Origin: Vitrella brassicaformis CCMP3155
Taxonomy: Eukaryota > Protista > Chromerida
NCBI GenBank assembly: GCA_001179505.1
Contig: CDMY01000153.1
Span: 62,001 to 126,000, forward strand
DNA length: 64,000 nucleotides
Direction of reading: 5' to 3'
The notes beneath the pieces were generated by a model, which was given only the letters and a program-made list of their open reading frames with translations, was not told where the DNA came from and searched no databases. Positions 62,201 to 64,000 of this stretch are shown here, piece after piece (within the stretch, counting starts at the first letter, position 1; every line of letters starts with the position of its first letter). The translations under genes were made by a program, and so were the position numbers.

Positions 62201-64000
62201 CATGGAGAACGAACCCCCGCCTGAGAGAGAGGGGCCGAACGAGCAGCGCCCCTCGGGCTGGGCAAGAGCCAAGGAGGGTGTAAAGCGACTGCTCAACCGG
62301 AAGTCTTCCGCCGACGTGTCTGATCCTGCTGATCAGCAAGCAGCGCAATCGAGGGCCAACACCAATGATGTGACGCCACCACAGCCCGCCGGAGAGCTCG
62401 CTGACAGCTACCCAGATTGCACAGGTAAGGAAGCGGTCTACAGAAGGCTGTGCACCCATACGTGTCTTTCTCTTTCTGCTCTCAACCTCAGAGACTCTCG
62501 AGGAGCTGGTCGATGAGGATGCACTGAGACACATGATGGTCGAAATTCAAATTGAGGCAGAGACAGAGAAACAGGATGACCAGCCGTCAGAACCGATACC
62601 AAGAGGCATCATCAAGCCAAAGGATGCGCCAGTCAGCAGGTCACCCAACGTGCGCTTTTCGGTCGGACAGAACGAAACACCCGCGGCTGCGAATGAGCGG
62701 GACACGGTATCGTCTCCTTCACTTGAACACTCTCTTGCAAGACCTTCTATACAAGTACGTGGGGAGGAAAGCTGCAGTCCGTCGATACAAGTGTGTCTGC
62801 TCGTGTGCGTCCAGCCTGCTCATTCGGCAGCGCCAGCCTCCCTTCCGCGCCACCAGCGGCGACCATCCTTTGTGTCCCCACCGTCGACTGGGAGGACCAT
62901 CCCCTCCAGTCCGGCATTTTTCCTTGGCGACGACGATGCATCAAGACCTCACAAAGGATCGGTTCAACAGTGGGACTCCGGCAACGCCGTATGCGCATCA
63001 GACTGAGGGAAAGCAAGAGCTGACACTTTGGCTGCCTCTGTGTGTCTTTGTGGGTCCAGGAACCCAAGAAGGTCATTCCGGGGGATGAGAAGCCCCATGC
63101 TGGTGGCATGTGTGTATCTGCGAGGCCGTCCGTGCACCCCCACCATCCGTCGGAGAGCACCTCTGCCTTTCAGGATGTGGGCTCGGATTCAAGGCCATCA
63201 GGGGCAGCCATGCAGCCCATCAGCATGCAGGCATCCACAGACATGCAGGGACAGGGGGAAGGACACGTTCGTGTGTCCCTTCCACCGGCTGGGATGTCAC
63301 GGGAAGGTGCCAAGCGGATGCTGTACAACCTGCTGGGACGCGCATACGGAGGAGATGTGAGGCAGGCACAATTCCCTGAGAAATAGACCCCCAACTTCAC
63401 TGTGTCTCCCTGTGTGTCAGTGTGGCAAGATGATGGAGGACATGAGGCAGCTCATGCCAACCAAGGAACAGCCGCCACGAGAACGAAAGTAGAACAGGGA
63501 AACAACCAGCTGTACGGCGAACGCTTCATTGCTCACCCACTGTCCTGCCTGTTTCCGCCTTTTGCAGGTGGCGCTCCGGTCACGTCCTCGTGTGCGGCAT
63601 CCCCAGCGACCTGCGTGCTTTCATGGAGGGCCTAGGACGGAGACGCGATAAGGATGTCGTCATCCTCGATCCCACACTGAAGCACTTGGACAGGTGGTGC
63701 AGGCACTAAAGGATGGCCTATGCACGTGGCTCATTTTGGCTGCATTGCGATTCAGACGCCGTTCCGCTACAGCCTTTGATGTGGCAGAAGCGACATCCTT
63801 CGCCGACCCTGTTACTGTCCGTGTCCTGTCGAAACTGAAGAAACTCTCTCAAAACGATCGGAAACGGTGAGGGAGACGCCATACAAGGTGACGCGGCAAG
63901 TATCACCACTTCTCCTTATGTCATGTCCAGGATATGGCTAAAGGGCGGCACACCGATGAGCAAGAAGGATCTGCTCGAGGCTGGCGTGCGCACGGCTGAA
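59269..64000 (+). CDS. BK/Slo-like voltage- and ligand-gated channel (S0-S6, RCK1, RCK2), truncated by the window end, with a non-canonical filter
   Basis: S0 hydrophobic leader; FYLAPNRLTYLFSFFAIVDVLT; S4 YLRLIRLMRLLRILRALRIVRS; pore FYFTLISTVGRPR|IESTTWRG; RCK1 SHCIVAGAIDFSTLNVFLYEFYHEDR...IQGSVHSEYDLDRTCAHSAKAIFL; RCK2 SGHVLVCGIPSDLRAFMEGL...DVVILD and WLKGGTPMSKKDLLEAGVRTAE at the window edge. Confidence 0.9.

Noticed and set aside
59-64000. Many ORFs containing TDRQTDRQ, CLSVCLSV, HTHTHT or VCVCVC
   Set aside because: These are translations of intronic (CAGA)n, (TCTG)n, (CA)n and (TG)n microsatellites, not proteins.
45449-64000. Functional flagellar or excitability cluster (KIF6, polycystin, BK-like channel)
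   Set aside because: Neighbouring genes are functionally mixed across the window, and nothing in the sequence distinguishes this from chance adjacency.
1-64000. tRNA, rRNA, CRISPR arrays, transposase or reverse-transcriptase genes
   Set aside because: None was recognised by eye. tRNAscan-SE, Infernal and RepeatModeler would be needed to exclude small or degenerate elements.

Overview
This is gene-dense, GC-rich eukaryotic genomic DNA with many short GT-AG introns full of microsatellites. The gene content (Tic22 and other proteins with signal plus transit-peptide leaders, flagellar kinesin-9, TmcB-like protein) and the intron style point to an alveolate with a complex plastid, most likely the chromerid Vitrella brassicaformis (inference). 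I reconstructed 16 spliced or single-exon protein-coding genes by hand: mitochondrial uS9, hyccin/FAM126-like, multi-KH vigilin-like, DHHC palmitoyltransferase, PrimPol, a small ubiquitin-fold protein, TmcB-like membrane protein, Tic22, a GNAT acetyltransferase, two-domain glyoxalase I, SET1-like methyltransferase, M48 peptidase, KIF6-like kinesin, a tandem two-repeat polycystin (PKD2-like) channel, a START-domain protein and a BK/Slo-like channel that runs off the right edge. There are two 300-N assembly gaps. I saw no tRNA, rRNA, CRISPR array or transposon. Three observations stand out. (1) Many introns have AC/CAGA repeats near the donor and complementary GT/TCTG repeats near the acceptor on both strands, suggesting structure-assisted splicing. 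(2) The BK-like channel has TVGRPR in place of the TVGYGD selectivity filter. (3) The double polycystin channel has Lys in the repeat I filter and Asp in repeat II. Gene boundaries come from manual splicing and 5' ends are approximate.
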